A stretch of 64,000 nucleotides of DNA from Eledone cirrhosa (taxonomy: Eukaryota), in assembly GCA_964016885.1 (NCBI GenBank), contig OZ024749.1, positions 28,644,001 to 28,708,000 on the forward strand, read 5' to 3'. How positions within the stretch are numbered: position 1 is the first letter of the stretch; each line of letters starts with the position of its first letter. The notes under the pieces were generated by a model, which saw only the letters and a program-made list of their open reading frames with translations, did not search any database and had not been told where the DNA came from. Made by a program: the position numbers and the translations under genes. Below, one piece after another: positions 21,497 through 35,054 of the stretch.

Positions 21497-22313
21497 ATAA
21501 TAATAATGAAATCATTGTGTACAGTGCTCAGGTGTACTACAACTCATCAAAGGTGCATGTATAGTACATAGAATAATGTACAAATGTCGGAAAAATGAAC
21601 AGTGTATGAGTCATGATATAATAACAATAACAATAATGAAATATTGTGTACAGTGCCCAGGTGCACCACAACTCATCAAAAAAGTGCATGTACAGTACAT
21701 AGGGCAATGCACAAACATCAGTAAAATGAACAGTGCACAAGTCATGATACACACATGTGTGCATGTGTATGGAAGGGGTACATCAGGTGTAGTTTTGGCG
21801 TATTTCGGGAAGCATGAGTGTCTTAAAGGATGCAGTGTCTCGGCAGCTAACAATTGACGCAGGCAGTTTGTTCCATGCTTCAGCAACTCTGAGCGTGAAA
21901 AAATGTCTGCGAAAGTCATGGGAGCTGTGCTGTTTTCTTATCTTGTAGGCATGTCCACGTGTGTTAGACACATGGAGATCAAAGAGGCGCTCAGGGTTGC
22001 AGTTGGCGAGATGGTTAAAAACTTTGTGGGTATTCACCAAGTCCATTGCCAGACGTCGGAGCTTCAATGAATCCATGCCCAGGGAAGCAAGGCGTTCAGA
22101 GTATGGTAGGTGTCTGATGGAGGGTATGCGCTTGGTTGCACGTCTCTGAACAGTTTCCAGGAGGTCAATGTTTCGAGCAAGATAGGGGTTCCAGACTGAT
22201 GATGCGAATTCCAAGTGTGGTCGCACCATAGCTGTATACAGTTTTAAATAGATGGCTGGAGAGTGGCTAACAAAGGTCTTGCTGAGTGATGCCAAGACAC
22301 CCTCGGCTTTCTT
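21497..22313 (-). mobile_element. 5'-truncated CR1-type LINE, with duplicated 3' UTR end
   Basis: ORF 21783-22295 is homologous to 16359-16811; the terminal ~120 bp occurs twice (21497-21620 and 21630-21755). Confidence 0.9.
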
Positions 22314-22314
22314 G

Positions 22315-22377
<63 letters not shown>

Positions 22378-22405
22378 GTATATATGTGTGTGTGTGTGTG
22401 TGTTG

Positions 22406-22440
<35 letters not shown>

Positions 22441-22469
22441 TGTATATATGTGTGTGTGTGTGTGTGTTG

Positions 22470-22509
<40 letters not shown>

Positions 22510-22884
22510 GTATATATGTGTGTGTGTGTGTGCTGTATATGTGTGTGTGTGTTGTATATATATGTGTGTGCGTCTGTTTACGTTTACTGTTTGTTCATGT
22601 CCCATAAACCTAGCGGTTCGACAAAAAGAAAAAAGAGCTCGATAAATTAAATGCAGAGGTCGATATGATTTACTGAAATCCTTTCAAGACCGTTTTTCAG
22701 AATGACCGCAGTCTAATGACTGAATTCTCTCAATGAATGTACATGGAATCCAAGAATACATTACCCAGCCTGTTCCCAGCCCCGCTTTTTTCTAATACGC
22801 TGGTTCCAAACTTTTCACTGCAAAAGAAATCCCTTTTATTTGAATGAACTTTCCCACGGACATGATGGTGGTAATGGTGATGAT

Positions 22885-23350
22885 GATTTGAGGGACATTT
22901 GGTTGCTATTCTAGCATGCCTAGCTACTATGTAGGCGTTTCCGTCATACATAAGACAGTAGGATGTGATTTGAGCGAGATCTGGTTGCTATCTCTAGCAG
23001 GTCTAGCTACTATGTAGATTTCTCCCTCATACATAAGACAGTAGGGTATGATTTGAGGGAGATTTGGTTGCTATTTCTAGCAGCTCTAGCTAATATGTAG
23101 AGGTCTTCTGCATACATAAGACAGTAGGGTGTGATTTGATTGAAATTTGGTTGCTATCTCTAGCAGGCCTAGTTACTATGTAGAGGTCTTCCTCATAAAT
23201 AAGACAGTAGGGTGTGATTTGAGGGAGATTTGGTTGCTATTTCTAGCAGGTCTAGCTACCATAGAGAGGTCTCCCCCATTCATAAAACAATAGGGTGTGA
23301 TTTGAGGGAGATCTGGTTGCTATCTCTAGCAGGCCTAGCTACTATGTAGC
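22885..23350. repeat. ~80-bp tandem minisatellite, about 6 copies
   Basis: gatttggttgctatttctagcaggtctagctactatgtag...catacataagacagtagggtgtgatttgaggga units. Confidence 0.88.
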
Positions 23351-23638
23351 GATTTAGTGTGTTAGGTCGCCTGCTTCAAAGTCGCCAGCTTCAAGGTTAC
23401 TGACTGTATTATCGGCTTTTGACCTTTTGTAAAGATGAATGAATGGAAGGGGAGGGTTGTGATAAGTATTTAGTTCTTAATTTCACATAAATATTGGAGA
23501 ATTTTATCTCCTTTCTCTCTTTCTTTCTCTCCACTTTTTCGTCTCCCCCTTTCTCCTTACTATCTACACCTTCTCCCCCTCTCTCTTTATATATATATAT
23601 ATCTACACCTTCTCCCTCTCTCTCTTTATATATATATA

Positions 23639-23734
<96 letters not shown>

Positions 23735-23737
<3 letters not shown>

Positions 23738-24268
23738 TGTAAACTCTGCTAAGAGTATTGCAATCGCTTGTCAGATTATAGAGTTTGGTGGACTTTTAGG
23801 CTACGGCCAGCCACACAAACCTGTAACATATCCTGAACAAGCAATGCCTGTGATTTGAATTTTTTTTTAATTTTAAGTGGGGAAAGGCCTTGTACTCGAC
23901 CAATCCCACTCTCTGAGCATCGAAAACACTATCCAAAAAGGAGAACTGGTCAACATCATCGGATGCTTCCGAAGGTGCAGGGGTTTTTTTCAGAGTTTCC
24001 CTCTCCTAAAAAGGTGTTGTGACAACAACTGGGGGCCTTTCACTCCCAGGTGAAAAAAAAAAAAAAAGTACTATTTGGATGGCCGTTGGCTCTGCTGAGT
24101 TCTTCCGCCCTTTGCTGGGTCTTGCATTTCATCCCACAGTGTGTCCAAATATCACCCTCCACACAAAGCTAGCTTAGTGGGGTTACCGGTTTAGTCGCCG
24201 ACGACCCGACCATGAAACAGGTTGTACTGGGTTACATGTTACCAGAAGCACACGAGAGTGACCTGACA
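23735..24268 (-). mobile_element. probable retroposon (RTE-related UTR or SINE) between microsatellites
   Basis: GC-richer non-coding block bounded by (TA)n and (CA)n; the RTE-type resemblance is from memory only. Confidence 0.3.
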
Positions 24269-24301
24269 TATTCATACATATATACACATAATATACATAA
24301 T

Positions 24302-24376
<75 letters not shown>

Positions 24377-24787
24377 CACATACATATCTATCTTTCTCTC
24401 CACTCCCTCGACTCCCCTTTCTCTCCTTACTATCTACATCTTTTCTTTCTCTTTTTTCTCCACTCCTCTATCCCCCCCACCTCTCTAACTCCCTTTTCTC
24501 TCTCACCCACCCCACCCCACTACATTCTCTCTTTCTCTCCCTCTCTCTCAACTTCTCCCTCTTTCCCCCCCCCCCCTCCGCCCCATAATCCATTCTGCAA
24601 TGAGATGGTAGGATATAAAAATAGTTTATTCTGACGGAATATCAAGGAAATGTTGCAAGTGAGAGGTGTCAAATGTCTGCCCCCCAACCACCCCTCTTCA
24701 ACAAATATTCATGAACTAACGAAGGAGACCTCCCACTGCACATCGAACTACTAGAAATAGCAGTCAAATCTTCCAAAGATCACACAC

Positions 24788-24830
24788 TAACCCTAATCCT
24801 AACCGTAACCTTAACTTTAACCCTAACCCT
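24788..24830. repeat. degenerate (CCCTAA)n telomere-like tract
   Basis: taaccctaatcctaaccgtaaccttaactttaaccctaaccct. Confidence 0.55.
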
Positions 24831-25554
24831 GCTGTCTTAAAAAAAGGGAACTCATTGGAAAGTGTGGTCCTATGTAAACTACATGTAAATAAAGACAGGG
24901 TGATCATGACTAGAACGGCATAGTTGATCAAAGCTCTGCTATACCAGTTCTGAACTTGAGCTTAGTATAACCACAACAGTTTTATTAGGAAATATGTAAT
25001 TTACTCAAGGAGAAAGTTTAGTGGATTATTATAAATTGACAAAAGTTATCTCCCATGCATTATAATTGATTTATAATTTAAGCGTGTGTCGCTGGCCATT
25101 GTCCTCGAAAATGCTTTTGCGGTCTGGTCCACAGGGCCCAACCCCAGCACCGCCAGGCCCTAGACCCAGAGTCTATCACCCCCCTTACCCATTTCTTTCT
25201 TCTGTGGCCTTAGAGACCTTGTTTTTGCCACAGTTTCCTCTCATTTATGGCTTTCATAGTCATTTCCTCTACTTTCCCATACAGCCAGATCTGCCCTTCT
25301 TTACACCTTACAGAAATATATATTTAAACCCATTGTCAGCATATTTGGTAGAAAGGCAGAGTTGATTAAATCAACTTCAGTAATACTGAATGTTATATCT
25401 TATGGACCCCACCCCAATCGAAACTATGGAAGGTCATTGTGACAATAAAATGTTCAATAAAATAAGATAGGGAATAATATTAAGGTCTGTGTGTCGTGGG
25501 GAGAGTTAAGTTTTGATGTTTCTTTGAATTTTACCAAGTTTATTAATGTTTTAT

Positions 25555-25850
25555 ACGGGCACCTAAGTATTTAGTGGCTAACTCTACAATGTGTACCTGG
25601 GTATTTAGAGTCCAAGTCTAGCTCCACAATGTGTACCTGTGTATTTAGTGCCCTAGACTAGCTCTACAATGTGTACCCGAGTATTTAGTGGTCTAGGTTA
25701 GCTCTACAATGTGTACCTAGGTATTTAAAATGTGTGTCTGTATATTCAGTACCCTAGGTTTTCTCTATAATGTGTGCCTGGGTGTTTAGTTTTCTAGGCT
25801 GGTTCTGCAATGTGTGCCTGGGTATTTAACACCCTAGGCTAGCTCTACAA
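25555..25850 (+). repeat. 40-bp tandem array
   Basis: ctagctctacaatgtgtacctgggtatttagtaccctagg units. Confidence 0.85.
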
Positions 25851-26096
25851 AGTGGGCCGCTTCTTTTGGACATGCGTACCATTCCCCTAAATAATTAGCT
25901 TTCTAAGCTAATGAACCTATAGTTTTTAGACACTTCTTCCTCTGTCCTCACCAAGACAGTTACTAAGCCTACATTTTCAACTACACAGTCCATACTCACC
26001 CATGCCAAATCATGTGACAATTCATAACACCATACGATCCTCTCCACTGAGTATAGATTTGCATGTGTAGAGGGCGGTAGACTGTGTCGGAATTAT

Positions 26097-26178
<82 letters not shown>

Positions 26179-26640
26179 TGATACCTTGCGGTATTTATTC
26201 CGATTGTGTGCCTTCTAAGTTCAAATCCAGATGGGGTCTACGTAGGAGGTAGATTTAATCTGTCGCCTGGTTTGACACCACCACCCCCACCTGGTCCTTG
26301 GATGTTTATAGCAAAGTTCCGTCTGTTGTACACCACCACCCCACCACCACCGCATGTATGTGCATTGAATGTCTGTTTTGTGTCTGTGCGTGCCTTGTAT
26401 GTGTGTCATGTGTCTGTTTGTGTGTCTGTGTGTACGCTGTATGTCTGCCTGTGGTGTGTGTGTGCGTTGTGTGTCTGCGTGTGTGTTATATGTGTCTGTG
26501 TGTGCGTTGTATGCCTACTCATGTTATATCTTGACTTGTGCGGCTCTCCCTCTCTCTCACTCTCTCACTCACGCGCACACACCTCTCTCTCACATTCTCC
26601 CCCCCCCCCCTCTCTGTATATCCCCCCGCGTGCGTTATAT

Positions 26641-26694
<54 letters not shown>

Positions 26695-27408
26695 TGTCTG
26701 TCTGTACTCAATTGTATATGCACACATACACACACACACACACACACGTATATATGTATATATAAGTATGTATGTATATAATGTAGAACAATGAACCAAA
26801 TAAGACAACGTTCACTAGCTAATTAATCCATTGTTTTACGATTGTTTCAGAGGGCAAACAACACAAAACAATTTATCTATGAGAGTGTTGACCGATAGTA
26901 GTTATGCAACTCCATACTATTAGCCAAATAAAACACACCCATTCTGCCGTCTATCCTCAGAAACAATGGTTTGGGAATTCTATTAGATGGATACAAACAG
27001 TACAGGCTAAGAGCACCAACGACATTATGGCTATGAGGAAGATGGTTGAGGGTAGCCGAATAAAGAATGAAAAATAAAATTAAACAATAAAAAAAACAAA
27101 TATATACAGGGTGTTCCCCAAAAATGTATACACACTTTAACAACATTCTAATAAATATGTGTATACACTTATCAAGTGAAACCGTACGGTATAAGCAAGT
27201 GTTTGTAGGTTAGATTATATTCTTTTCTTTTAAAATATATTTAATATACACAATTACACCTAAATGTAATTTATATAAATGAGCTCTACATAGTATAGTT
27301 TTTAGCCTGTAGTTGTATTGAACTATTTAAGGTGTAATGTAATTGAAATTATTTTATTGTAGTCTATACTTATATGTATACATAAATGTATAAAACCTTA
27401 TACAAATG

Positions 27409-27411
<3 letters not shown>

Positions 27412-27471
<60 letters not shown>

Positions 27472-27815
27472 AATAATAATAATAATGAAATTATTGTGTA
27501 CAGTGCTTAGGTGCACTACAACTCATCAAAGGTGCATGTATAGTACATAGAATAATATACAAATGTCAGGGAAGTGAATAGTGTATGAGCCATGATATAC
27601 ATGTTTGCATGTGTATGGAGGGGGGGGGGGGGTATTAGGTGTAGTGTTGGCGAATCTCAGGAAGCATGGAGGTTTTAAAGGATGCAGTGTCTCGACAGCT
27701 AATAACTGATGCAGGTAGTTTGTTCCATGCTTCAGCAACTCTGAGCGTGAAAAAATGTTTCCGAAAGTCATGGGAACTGTGCTGTTTTCTGACTTTGTGG
27801 GCATGCCCACGTGTG
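27412..27815 (-). mobile_element. 3' fragment of the CR1-type LINE with (ATT)n tail
   Basis: Reverse complement of 16632-16960; long (AAT)n at 27412-27486. Confidence 0.88.
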
Positions 27816-28014
27816 CAGCGGATTATATGGTGTTATAATGTGTCATGTAATCTGGAGTGGATGGGTATGGACTGTGTAGCAGAAAATACAGACTTAGTAA
27901 GTTTCTTAGTGTGGTCAGAGCAATAAGTATCAAAAACTAGGTTCGTCAGCTTACAAAATTTTCAGTTGAAATTATTTCATTTAGTAGAACGAGGTGCATA
28001 ACTGGTACAAGGGA

Positions 28015-28530
28015 AACACATTGTAAGACAAGCCTAGGGTGCGAAACACCCAGACACGCATTGTAGAGCTAACCTAAGGCACTAAATATCCAGACTCACA
28101 CTGTAGGGCTAGTCAAGGGTACTACACGCGCAGACACATATTGTAGAGCTAGCTTATGGTGCAAACCACCCAGGTGTACATTATAGAGCAAACCTAAGAT
28201 ACTAAACATCCAGAAACACATTCTAGAGTTAACATAGGGCTCTAAATATCCAGGTACACGTTGTAGACCTAGCCTAGGGTGCTAAATACCCAGGTACACA
28301 ATGTAGACCTAGCCTAGGGTGCTTTATATCAAGACATGATTTGTAGAGCTAGCCTATGATACTAAATACCCAGACACACATAGTAGAGTTAGCTAAGGGT
28401 ACTAATACCCAGGTGTATATTGCAGAGCTAGCCTAGGGCTCTAAATACACAGGCACACATTGTAGAACTAGCATAGCGTGCTAGATACCAATGTAGATAT
28501 TGTAGAGCTAGTCTAGGTACTAAATACTAA
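28015..28530 (-). repeat. 40-bp tandem array, inverted relative to 25555-25850
   Basis: tgtagagctagcctagggtactaaatacccaggtacacat units. Confidence 0.85.
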
Positions 28531-28556
28531 TTAATACACAGTAAATAATTCTTTTT

Positions 28557-28712
28557 AATATTGGCACGAGGCCAGCGATTTGGGAGAAAGGTAAAGTCGA
28601 TTATCTCGACCCCAGTGTTTGACTGATACTTTATTGATCCCGGGATTTGAACTCAGAATGTAAAGAGGCAGAACAAATACTGTAATGACATTTTATCCGA
28701 TAGTCTACCGAT
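28557..28712 (-). mobile_element. tRNA-derived SINE
   Basis: ggatttgaactcagaa (B box, rc) and ctaccgattc (A box, rc). Confidence 0.7.
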
Positions 28713-28779
28713 TCCACCAGTCCAGACATATTCCCAGTAAATAGCAGACGACTGGAGAAATGTTCTCCAATGACAGCAA

Positions 28780-28840
<61 letters not shown>

Positions 28841-29089
28841 GTGTTAGAAATATCATCACAGCTATGAAGATTTTGGTTGGTGACGGTTTAATCACTTCCC
28901 ACTCAGTAAGAATTTGGTTTCAATGGGAAAAATCAATGAAATTCTAAGCTTTAAATCTTCTAAGCGTGCGGAAAAGGTGAGGATAGTAAATAGTAAATAG
29001 GATATTGGTAACGAACAGAAGAACATTTGTTGATTGTAAGCCGGCCATTACTGTCAGATTGTATAAATCTTTCACTGTGTGTCTTTCTT

Positions 29090-29882
29090 AACTTCTGTAT
29101 TGTCTGTAAACTGTTTGGTTGTGAGATATACGGAGATATCAATCAGACTATTGCAATATATCGTTTATCGTGTGATATATATTGTATGTCGGCTGCTTGG
29201 TTGTGAGATGTGATATATATTGTATGTCGGCTGCTTAGGTGTGAGATATACGGAGATATCAGTCTCTTGCAATATATCATATGATATATATTATCTGTTC
29301 ACTGTTTGGTTGTGAGATATATGGAGATATCAGACTTTTGCAGTGTGCCATATGATAGTTATTGTCTGTCGGATACTTGGGTATGAAATGTGATATCTAT
29401 TGTCTGCTGACTGTTTAGGTGTGAGATATGCGAAAATATACAACCAGTACAGTATTTAGAGCATTGTGGATTGGCAGTATCGGTAGAGGGTCGGACGCCA
29501 TGCTTTCCAGCATAGTTACGTCCATTTACGATCTGAGTTCAAATCCCGCCGAGGTTGACTTTGCCTTTCATCCTTACGAGGGATAAAATAAAGTACCAGT
29601 AATGCACTGGGTAATTGCTGGCCTTGTGCCTAAAGTAGAAACAATTATATATTGTTTCTCGGCTGCTTGGTTGTGAGATATAAGGATATATCAGACTATA
29701 ACAATATAGTTTGTTTTGTATATTGTCTGTCGGTTGCTTGGTAGTGAGATACGGAGATATCAGACTATGGCAAAATATATCGTTGTGATATATATTATCT
29801 ATCGGTCTTCTAGGGTGTGAGATATACGGAGATATTGTGATATACATTGTCAGCCGCTGCTTGGGTGTGAGATATACAGAGA
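29090..29882. repeat. degenerate tandem array interrupted by a SINE
   Basis: tattgtctgtcggctgcttggttgtgagatatacggagatatc units on both sides of SINE 29467-29645. Confidence 0.75.
29467..29645 (+). mobile_element. tRNA-derived SINE
   Basis: Near-identical to 3632-3812. Confidence 0.88.
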
Positions 29883-29934
29883 TTTGATACAGGAGTAGAA
29901 CAGTCTTTCGTGTCTTTTATGTCGTCTGTTGAAG

Positions 29935-30662
29935 GTGACGATAAAACTGTTTAATGATACGATAACGTTACTGACAGATATACAATAATATGATAAAATT
30001 ATTGAGAGAAGTAATGATATGATAAATCACTTGAGACATATACAATGAAATGTATAACGTTATTAAGATATACACTGATACGATAAAGCTATTGAGAGAC
30101 ATACAGTGATACGATAAAACTATTCAGATACGAAATGATACGATGAAGTTATATTGAAATTATCAACCATGCGATAAATCTATTGAGAGATTACACCATA
30201 ATATACGATAAATCTGTTAAGAGTCACAATGATACGATAAAACTATTGAGAGATATGCATTGTGATACGATTAAACCACTGAGATACACAACCACAATGG
30301 CACAGCCACAATTAAGTTATCGAGAGATATGCTATATGATACGTTAAGTGATATAATATGATTTATGTGAGAGATATACAATGATAAAATACATATGATA
30401 TCATAAAATATCTAAAAAATATATAATGGTAAAATAAATATGACATAATATTTAAGAGATACACAATGGTAAAATGTGATACTATATAATATGTAAAAGA
30501 TACACTATAATACAATATATGTGAAACTATATATTATTTAAAAGATATACAATGATACAATATATGTGATACTATATAATATTTAAAAGATATACAATGA
30601 TACAATATATGTGAGGTCATACAATATTTGAAAGATACAGGATAGTATAATAAAATTATTGA
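29935..30662. repeat. degenerate ~30-40-bp tandem repeat
   Basis: gatatacaatgatacgataaaactattgaga-like units. Confidence 0.7.
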
Positions 30663-30971
30663 AGTCCAAAATGAGTTAATAACGCCATACTGTTCAAATA
30701 TGGAATATCTTTAAGATATCTCACACAGAGAAAACTGACAAGAGGAATCCATTTGATGGAATATTACAATAAATCGATTAATTATCGATATATAGGTATA
30801 TCCTAAAATATTGATTAGTCATTTATTTCTAACTTTGGCACAAATCAATACCAGTATGTTACTGGTATTTGTTCTATCGGTCCCAGGAGAAATGCGAGGC
30901 AAAGAAGTGGTCCTAGCAAGAATTGAACTGGAAATCTTATAAAATATCATTCAATCCAGCACTCTACAGCA

Positions 30972-31038
<67 letters not shown>

Positions 31039-31075
31039 CCCGGGTTCAATCGGAGGTAACATAGCAGAGTATAAA

Positions 31076-31206
31076 TATTTAATATAGAAATGGCTTCTAC
31101 AGGACTAGAACTGCTTCATTCGGGAGAAATCATCAGGGCTTTCTGATGATTTCCTCTTCCGAATGTAGAATCCAGTTCTATATTAAATCCATTTCTATAT
31201 TAAATA
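31076..31206. mobile_element. short fold-back remnant (family D, also 34843-34915) with hammerhead core
   Basis: Inverted ends tatttaatatagaaatgg/ccatttctatattaaata; centre atcatcag-ggcttt-ctgatgat. Confidence 0.6.
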
Positions 31207-31686
31207 CGCGCGCACACACACACACACATATATATATATATGTGTGTATACCACCAAATTTTGAGCAAGAAGGATGGAAGAAAATTTACTCCAGCATTTG
31301 ATTTTAATTTTAAATCCTTAGTTTTTAACTCCTATTAATTCTTTTTAATTTTTATTTCAATACTTAACATTTGATAAGATGGATTTTAATAATACACCGA
31401 AACCGGTAATTCTTCATATACTTTATATACATTATAAAACTTTAAAAAAAAAAAAAAATTGTCCCTCTCATTTTTTCATTAATATTATCTTTTCAATAAT
31501 CTCACTTTGACGAATCAAAAAAAGGAAAACAGACCCTTAAATATATTTTCCGTGCTATTTCCAATTTCACCTTTTCTCTATATCCACTGTTTTGTATAGA
31601 ACCTTACTTCTCTTTTCTAATATATATATAACTTTGATAACTTTAATAGGTTTTGGTCAGTATTGGCCCAGGCCATGTCTAACTCA

Positions 31687-31731
<45 letters not shown>

Positions 31732-32794
31732 GTCTCACCCCTCTCTCTCTCTATCTATCGATCGATCTCCACACACATATACATACATAATACAGACACA
31801 CAAATGCATATAGGTCTACATACGTTATATATATATATGTGTGTGTGTGTGGTAAGGCTTCTGTCCTTATCGTCTGCCAAATATAGATATAGATAAATGA
31901 ACACATACAGGCACACACAGGCACTCACACACAGGCACTCACACACACACACGCACACACACATACACGCACTCACACACACTTACTCACACACGCACAT
32001 ACACTCACACACACACACACTCACACACACATTTATATACATATGTATATATGTATGTATGTGTGTATATCTGTGTATGTGTGTATATCTGTGTATGTAT
32101 GTGTATGTGTGAATGTGTGTGTGTGTATGTTTGAGTATGTATGTGTGTGAATATGTGTGTGTAAATGTATGTATGTATGTGTGTATGTATGTTTGTGTCC
32201 GTGTATGTGTGTGTGTGTGTCCATGTACACATGTGTTACTGACTGATTGATCTACTGGAGGTCAAAGTTGGTATAATCTGTGTGTATATGTGTGTATTTG
32301 TGTGTCTGTATAGGTGTGTGTTTGTGCGCATGTATATGTGTTTATACCTGTGTATTTCTGTTGGTGTGTGGATATGTGTGTTGTCTTTTGTATGTGTGTG
32401 TATATATATGTTTGTGTGTGTGTGTGTGTGTATATATGTGTTTGTGCATGTGCATTTTTGTGTGTTTGTGTATGTGTTTGTGCGTGTATGTGTTAGTGCG
32501 TTTGTGTTTGTGTATGTGTGTGTTTGTTTGTATGTGATTGTGCGCGTGTGTGTTTGTGTTTGTGTATGTGTGTGTTTGTTTGTGAGTGATTGTGTGTATG
32601 TGATTGTGTGTATGTGATTGTGTGTGTGTGTGCGTGTGTGTGTGTGTATATGATCTATAACTGTTTAATAGGATATATATAAAAAAAAGGAAACAGTTTG
32701 TCATATCAGACCAAGGAACAAATGCAAGAATTTTTCAAAAATAAAATTATATCAAATGATAATTTCTCTCGTGGAATCCTAAAATGTATTCATT

Positions 32795-33194
32795 GAGCTG
32801 AAAAATAATTGTTTCTACTTTTGGCACAAGGCCAACAATTACCCAGTACATTACTGGTACTTTATTTTATCGACCCCCGTAAGGATGAAAGGCAAAGTTA
32901 ACCTGGGCGGGATTTGAACTCAGACCATAAAGGGCCGTAACTCTTTGCTGCAAAGCATGGCGTCAGACCCTCTACCGATACTGCCAATCCACCACCATTT
33001 TCAGAGAGCTGAAAAATAATTGTTTCTACTTTAGGCACAAGGCCAGCAATTACCCAGTGCATTACTGGTACTTTATTTTATCGACCCCGTAAGGATGAAA
33101 GGCAAAGTCAACCTCGGCGGGATTTGAACTCAGATCGTAAAGGGACGTAACTATGCTGGAAAGCATGGCGTCCGACCCTCTACCGATACTGCCA
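32795..33194 (-). mobile_element. two tandem tRNA-derived SINE copies sharing a duplicated flank
   Basis: 32808-32992 and 33017-33194 are each preceded by gagctgaaaaataattgtttctac. Confidence 0.85.
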
Positions 33195-33499
33195 GAAAAA
33201 TAATGCTGACTCTAATGAACCCTGAATATTAAAACTGAAGAAATCAAAGGTAGATAATCAACAAAACAGCTGGTTTGTTACTTACACTCGTTGTATCTAC
33301 TTAACCTCTATTGCTCACAATAACATTACGGCAAACACAATAAAAGGTACGTAAAGTATACACATAAACACATATCGCATAAGATTCTTATTCTCTCTTT
33401 CTCTTTCTTACCATTCGACACATACATACACACATATGTATATATATATATCTCTCTCTCTATCTCTATCTCTTTCCCTATGCATATGTATAAGATGGA

Positions 33500-33699
33500 G
33501 TAAGAGATTAAGACCAGAAAGAAGGGGCAGAAACAAATGGAACAGATTGTCATTGAGAAGGTCACTAAATGTGTGATTAAAGAACTTTAACGAACTAACC
33601 AATAACTAATCTTAAAGATAAAGTGAAAAACTGAAAATCATATGGTACGTGTGTTTCTTATAACTGGCAATACTGGCAACAACACCAGCGCCACATAAA

Positions 33700-33700
<1 letters not shown>
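33500..33700 (+). mobile_element. old family A Penelope-like remnant with degraded hammerhead
   Basis: gtca ttgagaa g gtcac...gtgat taaa gaac tt taac aligns with 15168-15210; ggtacgtgtgtttcttat aligns with 15316-15333. Confidence 0.55.
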
Positions 33701-33771
<71 letters not shown>

Positions 33772-33930
33772 TCTGGAAAAAATCTGGAAAGACTAGGCAG
33801 GAAGATGTGGACAGAAGGAGACATTTGTGTGTTCAAACTTTAACATATGTTTCTATACAATTACGTAGCAGTCTACATCCGCTGACTACACTATACAATG
33901 TTCATTCGTATATATATATACGAATGTATA

Positions 33931-33961
<31 letters not shown>

Positions 33962-34510
33962 AGGCATACATACATACATTCATACGTACACACGCACACG
34001 CACACACACACACACACACACACATACACACACACTCACACACACACACATATATATAATTATACGTTTCATCAGACCAACAGACCAATGTGTATTTCCC
34101 GCTGCTAGACATTTAACAATTCATTAATACAAAATACTCACAACATCCTTTCCAATTTAATTCAATTAAAACAAAATAAGACACCTATTTTTTTTTTTTA
34201 CTTTTTCGTTTCGTTTCATTTCGTTTTGTTGTCATAAAAAGGAAGAAATACGAAATATGACGGCAAGTGAAAGGAAAAAGGAAAAATGAAAAATTGATCC
34301 CTGCTTGACGGTAGAAGAGAAAGTAATTTTCTTAATAGATCCAGGAATATCTGACGATGTCAACTGTACAGAAACAATTTATTTGAAACTAGGAGAATTT
34401 GGTGATGCTGTTGTTGTTTTTATCGTTTTTTAAAATTATATTTCAGAAGCTGTATGACTGACGGCTGACGTCTTTGAGCCTGTCTATGTCTTTAGTGTGG
34501 TGACATATGA

Positions 34511-34606
34511 TAATTGTTTCTACGTTAGGCACAAGGCCAGCAAATTACCCAGTGCATTACTGGTACTTTATTTTATCGACCCCGTAAGGATGAAAGGCAA
34601 AGTCAA
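34511..34606 (-). mobile_element. 3' half of a tRNA-derived SINE
   Basis: Matches 33017-33111. Confidence 0.8.
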
Positions 34607-34645
34607 TCTGATGGTGGTGGCGGCGGCAGTGTGACAGAGTATGAG

Positions 34646-34690
<45 letters not shown>

Positions 34691-34858
34691 GACTCAAAAT
34701 ACACACACAGTCACAAACGCACGCGCGCACACACGCATAAATATATATATACATATATAAATGTATCAATCTCTCTCTTTCTGTATATATATATGTATGT
34801 ATATATATGTATATATATATATTTATATATATATATACACATCACACATCAGGAATGC

Positions 34859-34903
34859 CTGATGATTTCATACGAATGAAACAGTTCTAGTCCTGTAGAA
34901 GCC
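34859..34903 (+). ncRNA. hammerhead core with stem I disrupted by a 5' inversion
   Basis: CUGAUGA uuuc-auac-gaau GAAA cag-uucuaguc-cug UA gaagcc; the 5' side is a small hairpin catcagg/cctgatg. Confidence 0.55.
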
Positions 34904-34999
34904 TTTTCTATATAACCCACTTTCTCTCTTTCTCACTTTCTGTCACTCTCTTTCCTCTCTATCTGTCTGTCTGTCTCTCTCTCTCCCTCTCTCTCCCCC

Positions 35000-35054
<55 letters not shown>

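Noticed and set aside
24788-24830. Chromosome end or functional telomere
   Set aside because: Short, degenerate and internal.
27177-27195. GAAA ccgtacgg TA palindromic half-hammerhead (similar at 31400)
   Set aside because: No CUGANGA half found upstream, so not called.
34347-34385. CTGACGA tgt...aca GAAA hammerhead-like match
   Set aside because: Stems I and III do not pair convincingly and there is no fold-back context; may be chance.
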